DNA of 48,404 bases from the IMG/VR virus record IMGVR_UViG_3300014208_000012, positions 1-48,404 of that record. One strand, written 5' to 3'. The notes under the pieces are model-generated. The model saw only the letters and a list, made by a program, of their open reading frames with translations, did not search any database and was not told the origin of the DNA. This document shows, piece by piece, positions 31,634 to 41,958 of the stretch (its first letter is position 1; each line of letters begins with the position of its first letter). The stretch is from a virus (taxonomy: Duplodnaviria > Caudoviricetes). Position numbers and translations under genes: made by a program.

Positions 31634-33013
31634 ATGGCCGTTAGCGACGATCTGAAGAAAGCCTACACGGTGCTCAGCGGGAAACAGAGCCTCTACACCA
31701 CGCTCTGGTCTTACTACGACGGCGACCAGCCGCTGGTCTACAGCTCGCAGCGCCTGCGCGAGGTGTTTCGCGGCCTGGAGGCGAGGTTCGTGCAGAACTG
31801 GTGCGCGGTCGTCGTCGACAGTTGCCTGGACCGCATCCAGCTCACCGGCTTTCAGGTCTCCGGCGACGAGGAGGCCCAGGCTGCGCTGAACGCCGCATTC
31901 GTGGCCACCGAGCTCAGCCTCGACGCCGACGACGCCCACCTGGCCGGCCTGGTCACGGGTGAGGCCTTCCTGATCGCCTGGCGCCAGGACGCGATCGACG
32001 GAGAAGGGGAGATCATCCCGGACGCGGGCGAGATCGAGGCCTTTTACAACGACCCGCGCCTCTGTCACGTTGAGTACTCGCCGGACAACCCGCTCAAGAA
32101 ACTCTGGGCGGCCAAGTGGTGGGTCGCCGTGGACGGTAGGTACCGGCTCACGATGTACTACCCGGACCGGTTGGAGTACTACGCCAGCGCCAAGCCGGCC
32201 GCCGAGGTCGGCGATGCCGAGTCGTTTGGGCCGGATCCGAATCGCGAGACCGCGCCCAACCCGTTCGGCATGGTGCCCGTGTTCCACCTGCGCAAAGAGC
32301 GGCGCCGGATCAAGAGCGAGCTGGAAAACGTAGTGACGCTCCAGGACGCCATCAACAAGCTGTTCGCCGACATGATGGTCTCGGCCGAGTTCGCCGCGTT
32401 CCGGCAGCGCTACATCATCAGCAACGCCGACACGTCGTCTTTGAAAAACGCGCCCAACGAAATCTGGAACATCCCCGCCGGCGACGGCGTGGGCCAGGGG
32501 ACCGCCGTCGGCGAGTTTGGCGAGGCCGGGTTGGGCAATTACCTGACGGCCATGGACAAGCTGGCCGGGTCGGTGGGCATCATTACCCGCACGCCGCGGC
32601 ACTACTTCTTCAACCAGAGCGGCGATCCCTCGGGTGAGGCGCTGATCGCCCTCGAAGCTCCCTTGAACAAGAAGTGCACGCGCTTCATCGGTCGCTTCGG
32701 CCACACCTGGCAGCAGATGGGCTCATTCCTGCTGTCCCTCCTGGGCTACGACGTTGCGCCCGAGTCGATCACGCCGCAGTTTGCCAAGCCCGAGACCGTG
32801 CAGCCCCGGACGCAGGCGGAGATCCGGCAGATGAACACCGGCGCCGGGATCCCGATCACGACGTCCCTGCGCGACGAGGGGCGCAGCCAGGAGCAGATCG
32901 ACCAGGTCCTGGCCGACAAGGCGGCCGAGGCCGCGGCCGGCCAGGCGGGACTGGCGAAAGCGCTACTCGACGCGCAGCGCAACTTTGATCAGCAGAGTGG
33001 AGGCAAGCAATGA
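31634..33013 (+). CDS. Portal protein (SPP1 gp6-like)
   Basis: YYDGDQ, NWCAVVVD, NPFGMVPV, SGEAL. Confidence 0.9.
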   Translation: MAVSDDLKKAYTVLSGKQSLYTTLWSYYDGDQPLVYSSQRLREVFRGLEARFVQNWCAVVVDSCLDRIQLTGFQVSGDEEAQAALNAAFVATELSLDADDAHLAGLVTGEAFLIAWRQDAIDGEGEIIPDAGEIEAFYNDPRLCHVEYSPDNPLKKLWAAKWWVAVDGRYRLTMYYPDRLEYYASAKPAAEVGDAESFGPDPNRETAPNPFGMVPVFHLRKERRRIKSELENVVTLQDAINKLFADMMVSAEFAAFRQRYIISNADTSSLKNAPNEIWNIPAGDGVGQGTAVGEFGEAGLGNYLTAMDKLAGSVGIITRTPRHYFFNQSGDPSGEALIALEAPLNKKCTRFIGRFGHTWQQMGSFLLSLLGYDVAPESITPQFAKPETVQPRTQAEIRQMNTGAGIPITTSLRDEGRSQEQIDQVLADKAAEAAAGQAGLAKALLDAQRNFDQQSGGKQ

Positions 33014-33309
33014 AGACGGTTCGCATTGGGGCCCTGGACTACCAGGTCGTCGAGGTCGAGCGGCTGCAGGCCGACGATCGCAGCGCCTTGATCGGCCTGA
33101 TCAACACCCACGAGCTGGTGATCCAGGTCGAGACGCGGCTGGACCCGCAGATGAAACTGACCACGGTCTGGCACGAGACGCTACACGGGCTGCTCTGCCA
33201 GGCCGGGATCGACGAGCACGACGAGAAGACGCTGGAGGTACTGAGCTACGGGATCGTCCAGGTGCTGCGGGACAATCCGCAGCTGGCGCCGGCAGACAAA
33301 CAAGAGTGA
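33010..33309 (+). CDS. Small HExxH metallopeptidase-like protein
   Basis: TVWHETLHG...DEK motif. Confidence 0.75.
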   Translation: MKTVRIGALDYQVVEVERLQADDRSALIGLINTHELVIQVETRLDPQMKLTTVWHETLHGLLCQAGIDEHDEKTLEVLSYGIVQVLRDNPQLAPADKQE

Positions 33310-33317
33310 GGTGAACG

Positions 33318-33833
33318 ATGGCTAACAAAGATGCAACGCTCCTGGGGAAAATGGTGGAACGGTTCGTCAACTATGCCGGCAGTCGCTTCGCGCGGCTGGG
33401 GGCGACTATCCTCTACAATTCCAGCGAGGTCGAGCTGGGCACGGCGGCCAGTCCGCTGTACACGTCGCCGGCCACGTCGCCAAACAATCAGCCGGTGGAC
33501 CTAACGGGCGGCAAGACGATCCTGCGCGCGGCCATCTCGGCGGCCTCCAGCGGCGACAATACCGTCGTCGCCGCCGTGGCGTCCAAGAAGATCAAGGTGC
33601 TGGAGGTCGTGCTCATCGCCGCCGGCGACGTCGACGTGCGCTTTGAGTCCGCCGCCGGGGGCACGGCGTTGACCGGGGTGATGAGCCTGGCCGCCGACGG
33701 CAACGGCTTCGTTGCCCCGATGGCCACGCCGGGGCTGCATCACTTCGAGACGGCCGCGGCGGCGCTGCTCAACCTGGAGCTGTCGGCCGCCGTCCAGGTG
33801 TCGGGCTGGCTTGTGTACTACACGGAGGCGTAG
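33318..33833 (+). CDS. Putative virion structural protein (beta-rich)
   Basis: Ala/Thr/Gly-rich; in the head operon. Confidence 0.6.
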   Translation: MANKDATLLGKMVERFVNYAGSRFARLGATILYNSSEVELGTAASPLYTSPATSPNNQPVDLTGGKTILRAAISAASSGDNTVVAAVASKKIKVLEVVLIAAGDVDVRFESAAGGTALTGVMSLAADGNGFVAPMATPGLHHFETAAAALLNLELSAAVQVSGWLVYYTEA

Positions 33834-33835
33834 CC

Positions 33836-34492
33836 GTGAAACTGCGCGGAGTGGGTGACAAGGTCATCGCGCTGGGCTCTCAGCCCTGGCAGTTCTGCCG
33901 GGGCCTCTACACGGCCTCGCAAATCGTTGCGGCCTACGATTGCACCGGCCTCACACTGGCCAGTGCCTTGGTGGACATCACCGGTAACGGGAACGACCGC
34001 ACGGTTGGATTGATTCCTGGGCATACAGCGGGCGACGGTGTAGTTTACAACGGTGTGAACCAGTACTTAGTTACGCCAGTGACTCCGCTCTCCACTAACT
34101 GGACCCTGGTGCTGAAATGCCACGACGCAACCACGGGCGGCAACACCTTCGCTTGCGGTTGCTATGACGTAACCGGGAATAAGTTTTTCTTGGTCAGCCC
34201 TGATTTTGTCGGTAGTGGTCGAATCTATGGAAACGGGGCCTATGTCCAGGTTGCCCCGCCGGTCACTTCTGGTGTATTAGGTGTTGCTGGCAACCAGGGC
34301 TATCTAAATGGCGCTCCCGACGGGGCGGCTATTGGCGCGGGAACCGTGCCGGCATACGCAATTTTCACCGGTTGTCTGAACAATGCGGGAGTTGCTGCTT
34401 ATCATATGGCCCTTACTGAGTCTAGTCTGCTTATTGCCAATACACCACTTTCGGCTACCGCGATGGGGTACCTGGCGACGGACATGCCGTGA
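33836..34492 (+). CDS. Putative virion protein with LamG/concanavalin-like fold
   Basis: DITGNGND...YNGVNQYL...GYLNG pattern; lower-GC core. Confidence 0.55.
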   Translation: MKLRGVGDKVIALGSQPWQFCRGLYTASQIVAAYDCTGLTLASALVDITGNGNDRTVGLIPGHTAGDGVVYNGVNQYLVTPVTPLSTNWTLVLKCHDATTGGNTFACGCYDVTGNKFFLVSPDFVGSGRIYGNGAYVQVAPPVTSGVLGVAGNQGYLNGAPDGAAIGAGTVPAYAIFTGCLNNAGVAAYHMALTESSLLIANTPLSATAMGYLATDMP

Positions 34493-34499
34493 GGATGCG

Positions 34500-34982
34500 A
34501 TGAAGAAAGTTTGGCTCTGCGCTCTGCTCCTGATCATGGTGCTCCCCGCATTCGGAAACGCGGGCGCGAGCGGGCGCTGTTGTTTGACCTTCGCCTGGGA
34601 GCGGGCGACGGGCATCAGCGAGGGCACGTTCTACACGGAGTCGCCGCAGTACCAAGGCGGCTATGGTTGCCCGTCGAGTTGGGGCGCGGCGGTAGTGGCG
34701 GAGCAGCACGGCTGGACAGTAGAGACCGCCGGCCGCTGGAGTTGGAACTGGGTCGTCGATTGGGCGAGTCGCGGCGGGCTCATCATTTATGCGCTGCCGG
34801 GCGATGGATACAGCGGCCCGGACGGCCTGATGCACGCGTACTATTGCGACACCTATGACGTCTCTCCTCCCGACTACGGGGCATTCTGGTGCTATGACAT
34901 CTGTAATCAGGACGGGCGCTGGTGGAACGCACAAGCAATGCGGGATTACTGGTCGGGTTGGGCTGTGGGGGTGTTTCGGTGA
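34500..34982 (+). CDS. Secreted Cys/Trp-rich protein, possibly papain/C39-like
   Basis: MKK signal peptide; GRCC, MHAY, CYD order; C-terminal YWSGWAVGV. Confidence 0.55.
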   Translation: MKKVWLCALLLIMVLPAFGNAGASGRCCLTFAWERATGISEGTFYTESPQYQGGYGCPSSWGAAVVAEQHGWTVETAGRWSWNWVVDWASRGGLIIYALPGDGYSGPDGLMHAYYCDTYDVSPPDYGAFWCYDICNQDGRWWNAQAMRDYWSGWAVGVFR

Positions 34983-35995
34983 GCGATCCTAGAGTCGTCG
35001 TGGTCATGCGTGAATTCAAAGCGCAGCTATTGGCGCGCGAAACGGCGCAGCAGATAGAGATGGCCCGGCGCTGGTTAAAAACCGAAGAGGAATTGGAAGG
35101 TAAGATCGAGGCGCTGGCCCAGCAGCTGGCCGACATGCGCGAGGCCGGCGAGACGGTGGCCTCCTGGCGCGTGTACGAGCTCGACCGCTATCGCTCCCTG
35201 CTCGCCCAGGGCCGCGAGGAGTTCCGCAGCTATGCCGGCTACGCGGCCGGCCGCATCGAGCAGGGTCAAGAGGAGTTTGGGGCGGTGGGCCTGGAAAACG
35301 CGACCGAAGCGATCACGGCCAGCTACTCGCCCTACGGCGTGGGGGCGATGTTCAACCGGCTGCCCTTGTCGGCGATCGAGAACATGGTCGGCCTGTCGGC
35401 CGGCGGCGCGCCGTTGGGGGAGCTGCTGCGCGAGCGCATGGTCGGATCGAGCATCGACGTCTGGCAGCGCCTGACCCAGACCCTCGTCGACTCGACCGCC
35501 CTGGGCCGCAACCCGCGGGTCACCGCCCGACTGATGCGCGACGACCTCTCCGGCGGGTTGGACAAGGCGCTGGAGATCGCGCGCACCGAGCAGCTGCGCG
35601 TTTATCGCTCGGCCAGCTCGCAGCAGTACCAGGCCTCGGGTGTGGTCCAGAAGCAAAAGCGCCTCTGCGATCACAGCGGGCGGGTCTGCGCGGCATGCCT
35701 GGCCGACGAGGGGCGGGGGTACCCGCTCGACGCGCCGATCAGCGATCACCCGCGGGGCCGCTGCACGGGAGTGCCGGTGGTCGTCGGCCTGCCCGAGGTC
35801 CAGTGGACGCAAGGCGAGGACTGGCTCCAGACCCAGGACGAGGAGACCCAGCGCCAGATCCTGGGCCCGCAGCGCTACGAGCTGTGGCAAAACGGCCAGC
35901 TCGACTTTGGCGCGATTGCCACGCATACCTACGACGACACGTGGGGCTGGGGCCTGGGCGTCACCCCACTGCGTGAACTAGAACCGACCGGGTGA
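34979..35995 (+). CDS. Minor head morphogenesis protein (SPP1 gp7/MuF-like)
   Basis: IARTEQLR, RVCAAC, HPRGRC motifs. Confidence 0.85.
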   Translation: MSDPRVVVVMREFKAQLLARETAQQIEMARRWLKTEEELEGKIEALAQQLADMREAGETVASWRVYELDRYRSLLAQGREEFRSYAGYAAGRIEQGQEEFGAVGLENATEAITASYSPYGVGAMFNRLPLSAIENMVGLSAGGAPLGELLRERMVGSSIDVWQRLTQTLVDSTALGRNPRVTARLMRDDLSGGLDKALEIARTEQLRVYRSASSQQYQASGVVQKQKRLCDHSGRVCAACLADEGRGYPLDAPISDHPRGRCTGVPVVVGLPEVQWTQGEDWLQTQDEETQRQILGPQRYELWQNGQLDFGAIATHTYDDTWGWGLGVTPLRELEPTG

Positions 35996-36021
35996 GAGGC
36001 CCGGACAAGGAGATTGGCGAG

Positions 36022-36342
36022 ATGCCGGCAAGGAAGAAAGAAGAATCACCGCTCGTCGAGACGGGCGCCATGGTCGCGGAACAGGAAGCGCCGGGCGTCA
36101 CGGACAACGTGGCCGTCCTATGGTCCGAGACCACGATCTACGGCCTATGGTCGCCCAGCCTACAGCTGTGGTGGCCACCGCAGGCCGCGCACAGCGCCAC
36201 GGTTTTTCACACGCCGCACCTGGGTGTGGCCCATGCGCAGCTGCGTAACGTGCTCAGCGCCCGGAACGGCGGGTATCGCCGTGACTGGGTCATTCAGCAG
36301 ATGGTCGAGACGCCGGGCGCGGAGAGCGCGTCCAAGGAGTAA
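36022..36342 (+). CDS. Hypothetical protein
   Basis: AAGGAG RBS; alternative GTG start at 35992. Confidence 0.55.
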   Translation: MPARKKEESPLVETGAMVAEQEAPGVTDNVAVLWSETTIYGLWSPSLQLWWPPQAAHSATVFHTPHLGVAHAQLRNVLSARNGGYRRDWVIQQMVETPGAESASKE

Positions 36343-36348
36343 GGCGAG

Positions 36349-36930
36349 ATGCCAACGGAAAGCAACCAGCAACAGCAGCAACAGCAGGACCCACCGGCCG
36401 GACAGCAGCCCGGCCAACAGCCGCCTGCAGGTGGGACAACCCCGCCGGCAGACTTTGAGATGTGGCTCAAAGAGCAGACGGACGACGTCCGCAAGCTCTA
36501 CGAGCAGCACACAACCGGCCTGCGCAGCGCGCTGCAGAGCGAGCGCACGCAGCGAAGCGACCTGGCCCGGCAGTTGCGAGACGCGGCGACCAAGGCCGAG
36601 GCCGGCAGCGAGGCCCAGAAGAACCTGGCCGAGACGGCCGCCAAGTTGGAAGAGGCTGAAGCCCGCGCCTCTTTCTTCGAGGAAGCCACTAAGCCGGAGA
36701 TCGGCTGCACCAACCCGCGCCTGGCCTACCTGGCAGCGAGAGAATCGCAGGCCATCGACGGCAAGGGCAGGATCAGCTGGGAGGAGCTCAAGGGCGCCTA
36801 CCCGGAACTATTCAAACCGAAAGCATCTACGTCTGCCCCGGCCGGTAATGCCGGGGCGGGGACCGGCGCGCCGCCGGCGGCCTCGTTCGATATGAACGCG
36901 ATCATCCGCAAGGCGGCCGGCCGACAGTAA
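36349..36930 (+). CDS. Capsid scaffolding protein
   Basis: Q/P-rich N-terminus, coiled coil, YPELF, MNAIIRKAAGR end; directly before the MCP. Confidence 0.8.
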   Translation: MPTESNQQQQQQQDPPAGQQPGQQPPAGGTTPPADFEMWLKEQTDDVRKLYEQHTTGLRSALQSERTQRSDLARQLRDAATKAEAGSEAQKNLAETAAKLEEAEARASFFEEATKPEIGCTNPRLAYLAARESQAIDGKGRISWEELKGAYPELFKPKASTSAPAGNAGAGTGAPPAASFDMNAIIRKAAGRQ

Positions 36931-36951
36931 GAAACTCGAGGAGGTTTTTCG

Positions 36952-37923
36952 ATGCCCTACAATAGCCTGATTTCCCGCACCGACATGGCCGGGTTGATCC
37001 CGGTCGAATACACCGACGAGCTGCTCGCGCGGACCGCCGAACAGTCGGCCGTTCTGCGCCTGGCCCGCCGGCTCCGCGATATGCCCACCAGCACGCGGAC
37101 GATGCCGGTCATCTCCAGTCTACCGACGGCCTACTTTGTGTCCGGCGACACCGGGCTCAAGCAGACCACCGAGATCAACTGGGAAAACGTGACCCTGACC
37201 GCCGAGGAACTCGCCGTCATCGTCCCCATCCCGCAGTCGGCCCTGGACGACAGCGGTTACCCGGTTTGGGACCAGGTCAAGCCGCTCATCGAAGAGGCCG
37301 GCGGCCTGGCCATCGACCAGGCGGTGATGTACGGCACCAACATCCCGGCTTCCTGGACGGTCGCCTTCGGCGCCCACGCCGGCATCGTCGCGTTGGCCAC
37401 GGCCCACAGCGCCACCGTCTCCCTGGCCGCGTGCCTCGACGTCTACGACGCGCTCTTCAACGAGACCAACGGCGTCGTCTCCCTGGTCGAGGCCGACGGC
37501 TTTGCCGTCACCGGCCACATCGCCCACTCCTCGCTCAAGGCGCGCATCCGCAACTGCCGCGACGCCGACGGCCAGCCGATCTTCAAGTCCGGCGGGAACA
37601 TCGGCGTTACCTTTGCCACCGGAGAAATCGACGGCGCGCCCATCCTGTACCCGCTCAACGGGTCGGTCGACAGCGCGCAGTCCCTGGACATCGCCGGCGA
37701 CTGGCGCCAGCTGGTCTTTGCCATGCGCAAGGACATCACGTACACCGTGGCCACCGAAGCGGTGATCACCGATGCCGCCGGCACCGTCGTGTACAACCTC
37801 TTCCAGCAGGACATGGTCGCGCTGCGCATGGTCATGCGGCTTGGCTTCGCCCTGCCCAACCCGATCACCCGCCTGCAGGGGACGGTCGGCAGCCGCTCGC
37901 CGTTCGCCGTGCTGACGGCGTAA
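36952..37923 (+). CDS. Major capsid protein (HK97 fold)
   Basis: LIPVE, LAVIVPI, DADGQPIF, GDW, NLFQQDMVALR. Confidence 0.92.
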   Translation: MPYNSLISRTDMAGLIPVEYTDELLARTAEQSAVLRLARRLRDMPTSTRTMPVISSLPTAYFVSGDTGLKQTTEINWENVTLTAEELAVIVPIPQSALDDSGYPVWDQVKPLIEEAGGLAIDQAVMYGTNIPASWTVAFGAHAGIVALATAHSATVSLAACLDVYDALFNETNGVVSLVEADGFAVTGHIAHSSLKARIRNCRDADGQPIFKSGGNIGVTFATGEIDGAPILYPLNGSVDSAQSLDIAGDWRQLVFAMRKDITYTVATEAVITDAAGTVVYNLFQQDMVALRMVMRLGFALPNPITRLQGTVGSRSPFAVLTA

Positions 37924-37933
37924 GGAGGCTTTC

Positions 37934-40327
37934 ATGAGCCTATTTCCGAAAAACCTGAATGAATACCTGGCGCTGATCGGCGTCCCGCGCGGCACGAACG
38001 GCCACATCTACCTGGTCGACAGCGTGCACGGCAGCGCCGGCGCGCCGGGCACCAATCCCGCTCAACCGCTGGCCACGCTGGCCGCCGCCATCGCCAAGTG
38101 CACGGCGAACCACGGCGACGTCATCGTCCTGGCGCCCAAGCATGCCGAGACGCTGACCGCGGCCATCACGGTTAACGTGGCCGGCGTGACCATCCTCGGC
38201 CTGGGGACCGGCAACGACCGCCCGGCCTTCACCGTCAACGGCGTCGTCGACGGCATCAGCGTCGAATCCGACGACGTGACGCTCGAGAACGTGCGCTTTC
38301 CGACGCCCTCGGCCGCGGCCACGGCCCAGCTCAACGTCGCCGCCGCGCGGGCAACCGTGCGCAAGTGCGGTTTTGCCCAGGGCGCCAACGCCGTCAACGC
38401 TGTGACCGTCACGGCCGCCGGCGAGCTCCTGACCGTCGAAGACTGCGACGTCGTCGTGTCGGCGAACGGTCCCTCAGCCTGGCTCAAGTTCGAGGGCGTG
38501 GTCGACCGCCCCGTCGTTCAGCGCAACGTGGTACTCGGGTCGGACGGCACGAACGCCTACGACCAGGGCGCGCTGGATTTCAACAGCCAGGCCGTGACCA
38601 ACCCGGTCGTCCGCGACAACGTCTTCCTGGGCGGCGGCACGGCCACGACCATCGTGGCCAATGCCAGCTCCGTCGTCGGTTCGTCCGTCGGGCCAAACGT
38701 GTACGGCGGCTCGGCGACCGGCGCGGACGACGTGTCCGGCGAGTCCGAGGTCCTCGATCAGCTGTCGGGCGCGTCCGGCGTCCCGACCTTCCCCGCCGCG
38801 GCGATCCCGGCCAACGGGGTCTCGCTGGCCGAGGTGATCCGCCAGCTCTACGCGGCCCTGGAAGGGACCGCGACCAGTCAGAACGGCGTGGCCACCTGGC
38901 CGACCGCGGCCGCTTACGCCAACAACGTCTCGATCGCGGAGGTCCTGGGCTACATCCAGGATGCGGTGCGCAACGGCTCGGGCGCGGCGATGGCGACGAA
39001 CAAGGGCATTGCCGACGCCCTGGGCACGAACGGCACTACCGTCACCGACTCGGCCGTCTCCGTCCTGGGCGCCATCGGCGCCAACAACGCCGACAACGCC
39101 TTTGCCTCCGGCAGCGTTGCCGCCAACGTGGACGGTTCGGTCCTGGAGCGCGAAGAGTGGCTGCAGGCCGAGATGGCCAAGGTGCCCAAGGGCGACGCCG
39201 CCGTCACCTGGAACGCCACCGCCCTGGCCTCGCTGCAAACCGAGGCCGAGGACGCCCTGGCCGCCGACAACCTGGACCACTGGCAGAAGACGGCCACGGC
39301 GGACGTCACCGATCCGGTGGACATGACCGCCGAGGTGGTCGACAACTCCGTCCTGGCTCACGTCCTCACCGACGACGGCGACGTCAGCGACTATGACCGC
39401 CGCTACATGAGCCTGGAAGCGCTGGCCAAGCTGCTGCAAATCGAGTTCGGCTACACCCTCAGAAGCGTGGCCGGTTCGGCCATGCCCATCGCCGTCTGGT
39501 ACGTGGACGCCAACATCGGCGCCTCGGGCGACGGTAAGACGCCGGCGACCGCCTTCAAGACCATCGCCGAGGCGATCACCGCCTGCTCGAATACCGTGGA
39601 CGACTGGGTGCTGATCTACGACTACAGCGGCGGCGAGACGGCGACCATCACCATCGACAAGGCGTTTGTGCACCTGATCGGCAACGCCAACCCCTGCATG
39701 CCCTACCCGCGTATCATGCCCACCGGGGCCTTTGACGGCCTGACGTTGGGCGACGCCGCCGACCGCGTGGAAATCGCTAACCTGGTCATCGGGGGCGGCG
39801 ACCAGACCGTCAGCGCCATCAACATCAACTCCGCCGCCGGGGCCTACGGCGTCTACATCCACGACTGTGTCATCGGCCGGGATGCGGCCGCCCCCGCGCT
39901 CTACGGCATCTACGTGCCCTCCGGCAGCGACGCCCCCTACCTGACCGTCGAGAACAACAAGTTTTACGGGGCGGACGGGGCGGGCATCGCCGCCGCCGGT
40001 TCGGCCATCCGCATCGCCGGAAACGCCACGCGCTGCAACATCCTGGGCAACTACATCCAGGACGTCGGGCGCACGGCGACCCCGGCCATCTGGTTGGACG
40101 GCAGCGTCACCAACCCGAGGATCGAAAACAACCGCATCAAGACCGACACGGACACCGGCACGGGCAGCGCCATCACCCTGGGCGCCGGAGTCGACGACGG
40201 CTGGATCGCGGGCAACCTGGCCTGTGACGGCAAGGACGCGCCGGCGCAGAACCCGTACGTCGACGGTGGATCCACGAACGGCTGGTCGCAGAACTACAGC
40301 GGCATCGTCGCCGTTCTGCCGGCCTAG
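37934..40327 (+). CDS. Large virion protein with two parallel beta-helix domains (putative head spike/fibre)
   Basis: Two YxVD...G...PxxTxxxAIxxC caps, each followed by beta-helix repeats. Confidence 0.7.
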   Translation: MSLFPKNLNEYLALIGVPRGTNGHIYLVDSVHGSAGAPGTNPAQPLATLAAAIAKCTANHGDVIVLAPKHAETLTAAITVNVAGVTILGLGTGNDRPAFTVNGVVDGISVESDDVTLENVRFPTPSAAATAQLNVAAARATVRKCGFAQGANAVNAVTVTAAGELLTVEDCDVVVSANGPSAWLKFEGVVDRPVVQRNVVLGSDGTNAYDQGALDFNSQAVTNPVVRDNVFLGGGTATTIVANASSVVGSSVGPNVYGGSATGADDVSGESEVLDQLSGASGVPTFPAAAIPANGVSLAEVIRQLYAALEGTATSQNGVATWPTAAAYANNVSIAEVLGYIQDAVRNGSGAAMATNKGIADALGTNGTTVTDSAVSVLGAIGANNADNAFASGSVAANVDGSVLEREEWLQAEMAKVPKGDAAVTWNATALASLQTEAEDALAADNLDHWQKTATADVTDPVDMTAEVVDNSVLAHVLTDDGDVSDYDRRYMSLEALAKLLQIEFGYTLRSVAGSAMPIAVWYVDANIGASGDGKTPATAFKTIAEAITACSNTVDDWVLIYDYSGGETATITIDKAFVHLIGNANPCMPYPRIMPTGAFDGLTLGDAADRVEIANLVIGGGDQTVSAININSAAGAYGVYIHDCVIGRDAAAPALYGIYVPSGSDAPYLTVENNKFYGADGAGIAAAGSAIRIAGNATRCNILGNYIQDVGRTATPAIWLDGSVTNPRIENNRIKTDTDTGTGSAITLGAGVDDGWIAGNLACDGKDAPAQNPYVDGGSTNGWSQNYSGIVAVLPA

Positions 40328-40350
40328 ATCAACTATTCTGGAGGAAAGTC

Positions 40351-40764
40351 ATGACCGCATCTCTGGACACCGAAGGCCGGGGCGGAACCCTGGCCATCGA
40401 CATCGCCGGCGCCGCGTCCACCGCGGCGGGCGGCATTGGCTCCGTGCTCAACCCGTGGGGTGAGGATGTGCTGATCCTACGGGCGACCCTGTATGTGGCC
40501 ACCCCGTCCACCGGGTCGGCCAACATCGACATCGGCGTCGGCTCGGCCGCGGCCACCGACGCCACCGACATCATCAACGCCCTGGCCATGAACGGCGCGA
40601 TCACCGGCAAGGTCTACAACGGCCACGCCATGCAGAACACGACCAAGACGGAGATTACCGCGCCGGTCGTCTGGCAGGACGACTACTACGTCTGCTTCAC
40701 CGGCAGCGCGACGACCGCGGGATTGGTCGCCAAGCTGTTCCTGGAGTGCGTGCCCTTGACGTAG
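40351..40764 (+). CDS. Putative capsid decoration protein
   Basis: Beta-rich; after MCP and spike. Confidence 0.55.
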   Translation: MTASLDTEGRGGTLAIDIAGAASTAAGGIGSVLNPWGEDVLILRATLYVATPSTGSANIDIGVGSAAATDATDIINALAMNGAITGKVYNGHAMQNTTKTEITAPVVWQDDYYVCFTGSATTAGLVAKLFLECVPLT

Positions 40765-40775
40765 AGGAGGCGTTC

Positions 40776-41111
40776 GTGGCCAAGCAGACGATTCCCATTC
40801 AACAGTTGGCTCGCGCCGGCGCCGCGCCGACATTCACGGCGGCGACACAGACCGACCTGCAATTCTCGAATGATGGAACGATCATTCTGGAATTAAAGAA
40901 CACCAATGGCGCGTCGCGCACGGTCACAGTGGCCACCCCCGGCACGATGGACGGGCTGGCCATCGCCGACTCGACGGCGACGTTGGGGGCCACGACGGGC
41001 GACTTGATCTTTAAGCCGTTTCCGCCACAGATCTACAACCAGTCCGATGACTACGTCTATGTGGACCTGACCGCGTTCGCCAATGTTACGGTCGCGGCGT
41101 ACCGGCCCTAG
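40776..41111 (+). CDS. Virion protein, paralog of 41959-42297
   Basis: Shares F.NDG, TPGT.DGLAI.D, PFP...YNQSD with 41959-42297. Confidence 0.75.
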   Translation: MAKQTIPIQQLARAGAAPTFTAATQTDLQFSNDGTIILELKNTNGASRTVTVATPGTMDGLAIADSTATLGATTGDLIFKPFPPQIYNQSDDYVYVDLTAFANVTVAAYRP

Positions 41112-41120
41112 GAGAAAGCA

Positions 41121-41555
41121 ATGACGGCGACGGCGGCGCAGATTTTGCAGGTGCGGAGAATGACGGGCCTGGTCGGCAGCGCGGACTACGACGACACTGC
41201 GGTCCAGACCTACATCGAGCGGTATCCCCTCCTGGACGAACGAGGAGAGCTCCCCTATACCTGGGTGCTCAATGTCCCGCCGACCCAGGAGGTGAATCCG
41301 TCTTGGATCGCCACCTACGATCTGGCCGCCGCCGCCGCCGACATCTGGGCGGAGAAGGCGTCCGTCCTGGCCGCCGACTTTGACTTTTCCGCCGACGGGG
41401 GCAGCTACACCCGCTCCCAGGCCTACGAGCAGGCGATGGCCCAATCCCGCTACTGGTTGTCGCGCAAGAGCACCAAAACGATCAAGCAGTACCAGTCGCC
41501 GAATCCCAACACGTCGGGTAACTCGTGGGTGACGAATCTCCCGGAGGGGGACTGA
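41121..41555 (+). CDS. Head-tail adaptor
   Basis: YDLAAAAADIWAEKA...FSADGGSY.RSQ; synteny. Confidence 0.7.
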   Translation: MTATAAQILQVRRMTGLVGSADYDDTAVQTYIERYPLLDERGELPYTWVLNVPPTQEVNPSWIATYDLAAAAADIWAEKASVLAADFDFSADGGSYTRSQAYEQAMAQSRYWLSRKSTKTIKQYQSPNPNTSGNSWVTNLPEGD

Positions 41556-41947
41556 TGCGCGTCTTTACGGCCGACGAGCTGACGAGGATGCAAGCCGCGC
41601 AAGAGGCCGCGATGCAGGATACCTGCTACCTCCTGGTCTATTCCACCCTCCGGGTGGATGACTACGGCAACCCCATCCCGTCCTACGAGCGGTCGACCGG
41701 CTACCCCCTGGCCTGCGGGTTCAAGCCGGTTAGCCCCGGCGAGCAGCACGGATCGGGCGAGGTGGGCACGCAAGGGGCCGAGGTCCGCCTGCCGCTCGAC
41801 ACGGACGTTACCAACGTGGACCGCCTCGAGCTCGTCTCGCGTTTTGGGACCGAGCTCGATCCCCACCTGTTTTATGAAGTCGCCGGGCCGATCGCCCCAG
41901 GGCCCAGCGGCCTGGTCGCATCCTGTAGACTCTGTGTCAAGGAGTAA
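41555..41947 (+). CDS. Head closure/stopper protein
   Basis: TGATG-coupled; MQDTC...DDYGN pattern; synteny. Confidence 0.65.
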   Translation: MRVFTADELTRMQAAQEAAMQDTCYLLVYSTLRVDDYGNPIPSYERSTGYPLACGFKPVSPGEQHGSGEVGTQGAEVRLPLDTDVTNVDRLELVSRFGTELDPHLFYEVAGPIAPGPSGLVASCRLCVKE

Positions 41948-41958
41948 GGAGTAACGAT

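Noticed and set aside
33836-34492. Diversity-generating retroelement target
   Set aside because: No reverse transcriptase gene and no TR/VR repeat pair seen
36364-36387. CAG/CAA run
   Set aside because: Encodes poly-Gln in the disordered scaffold N-terminus; not a regulatory repeat
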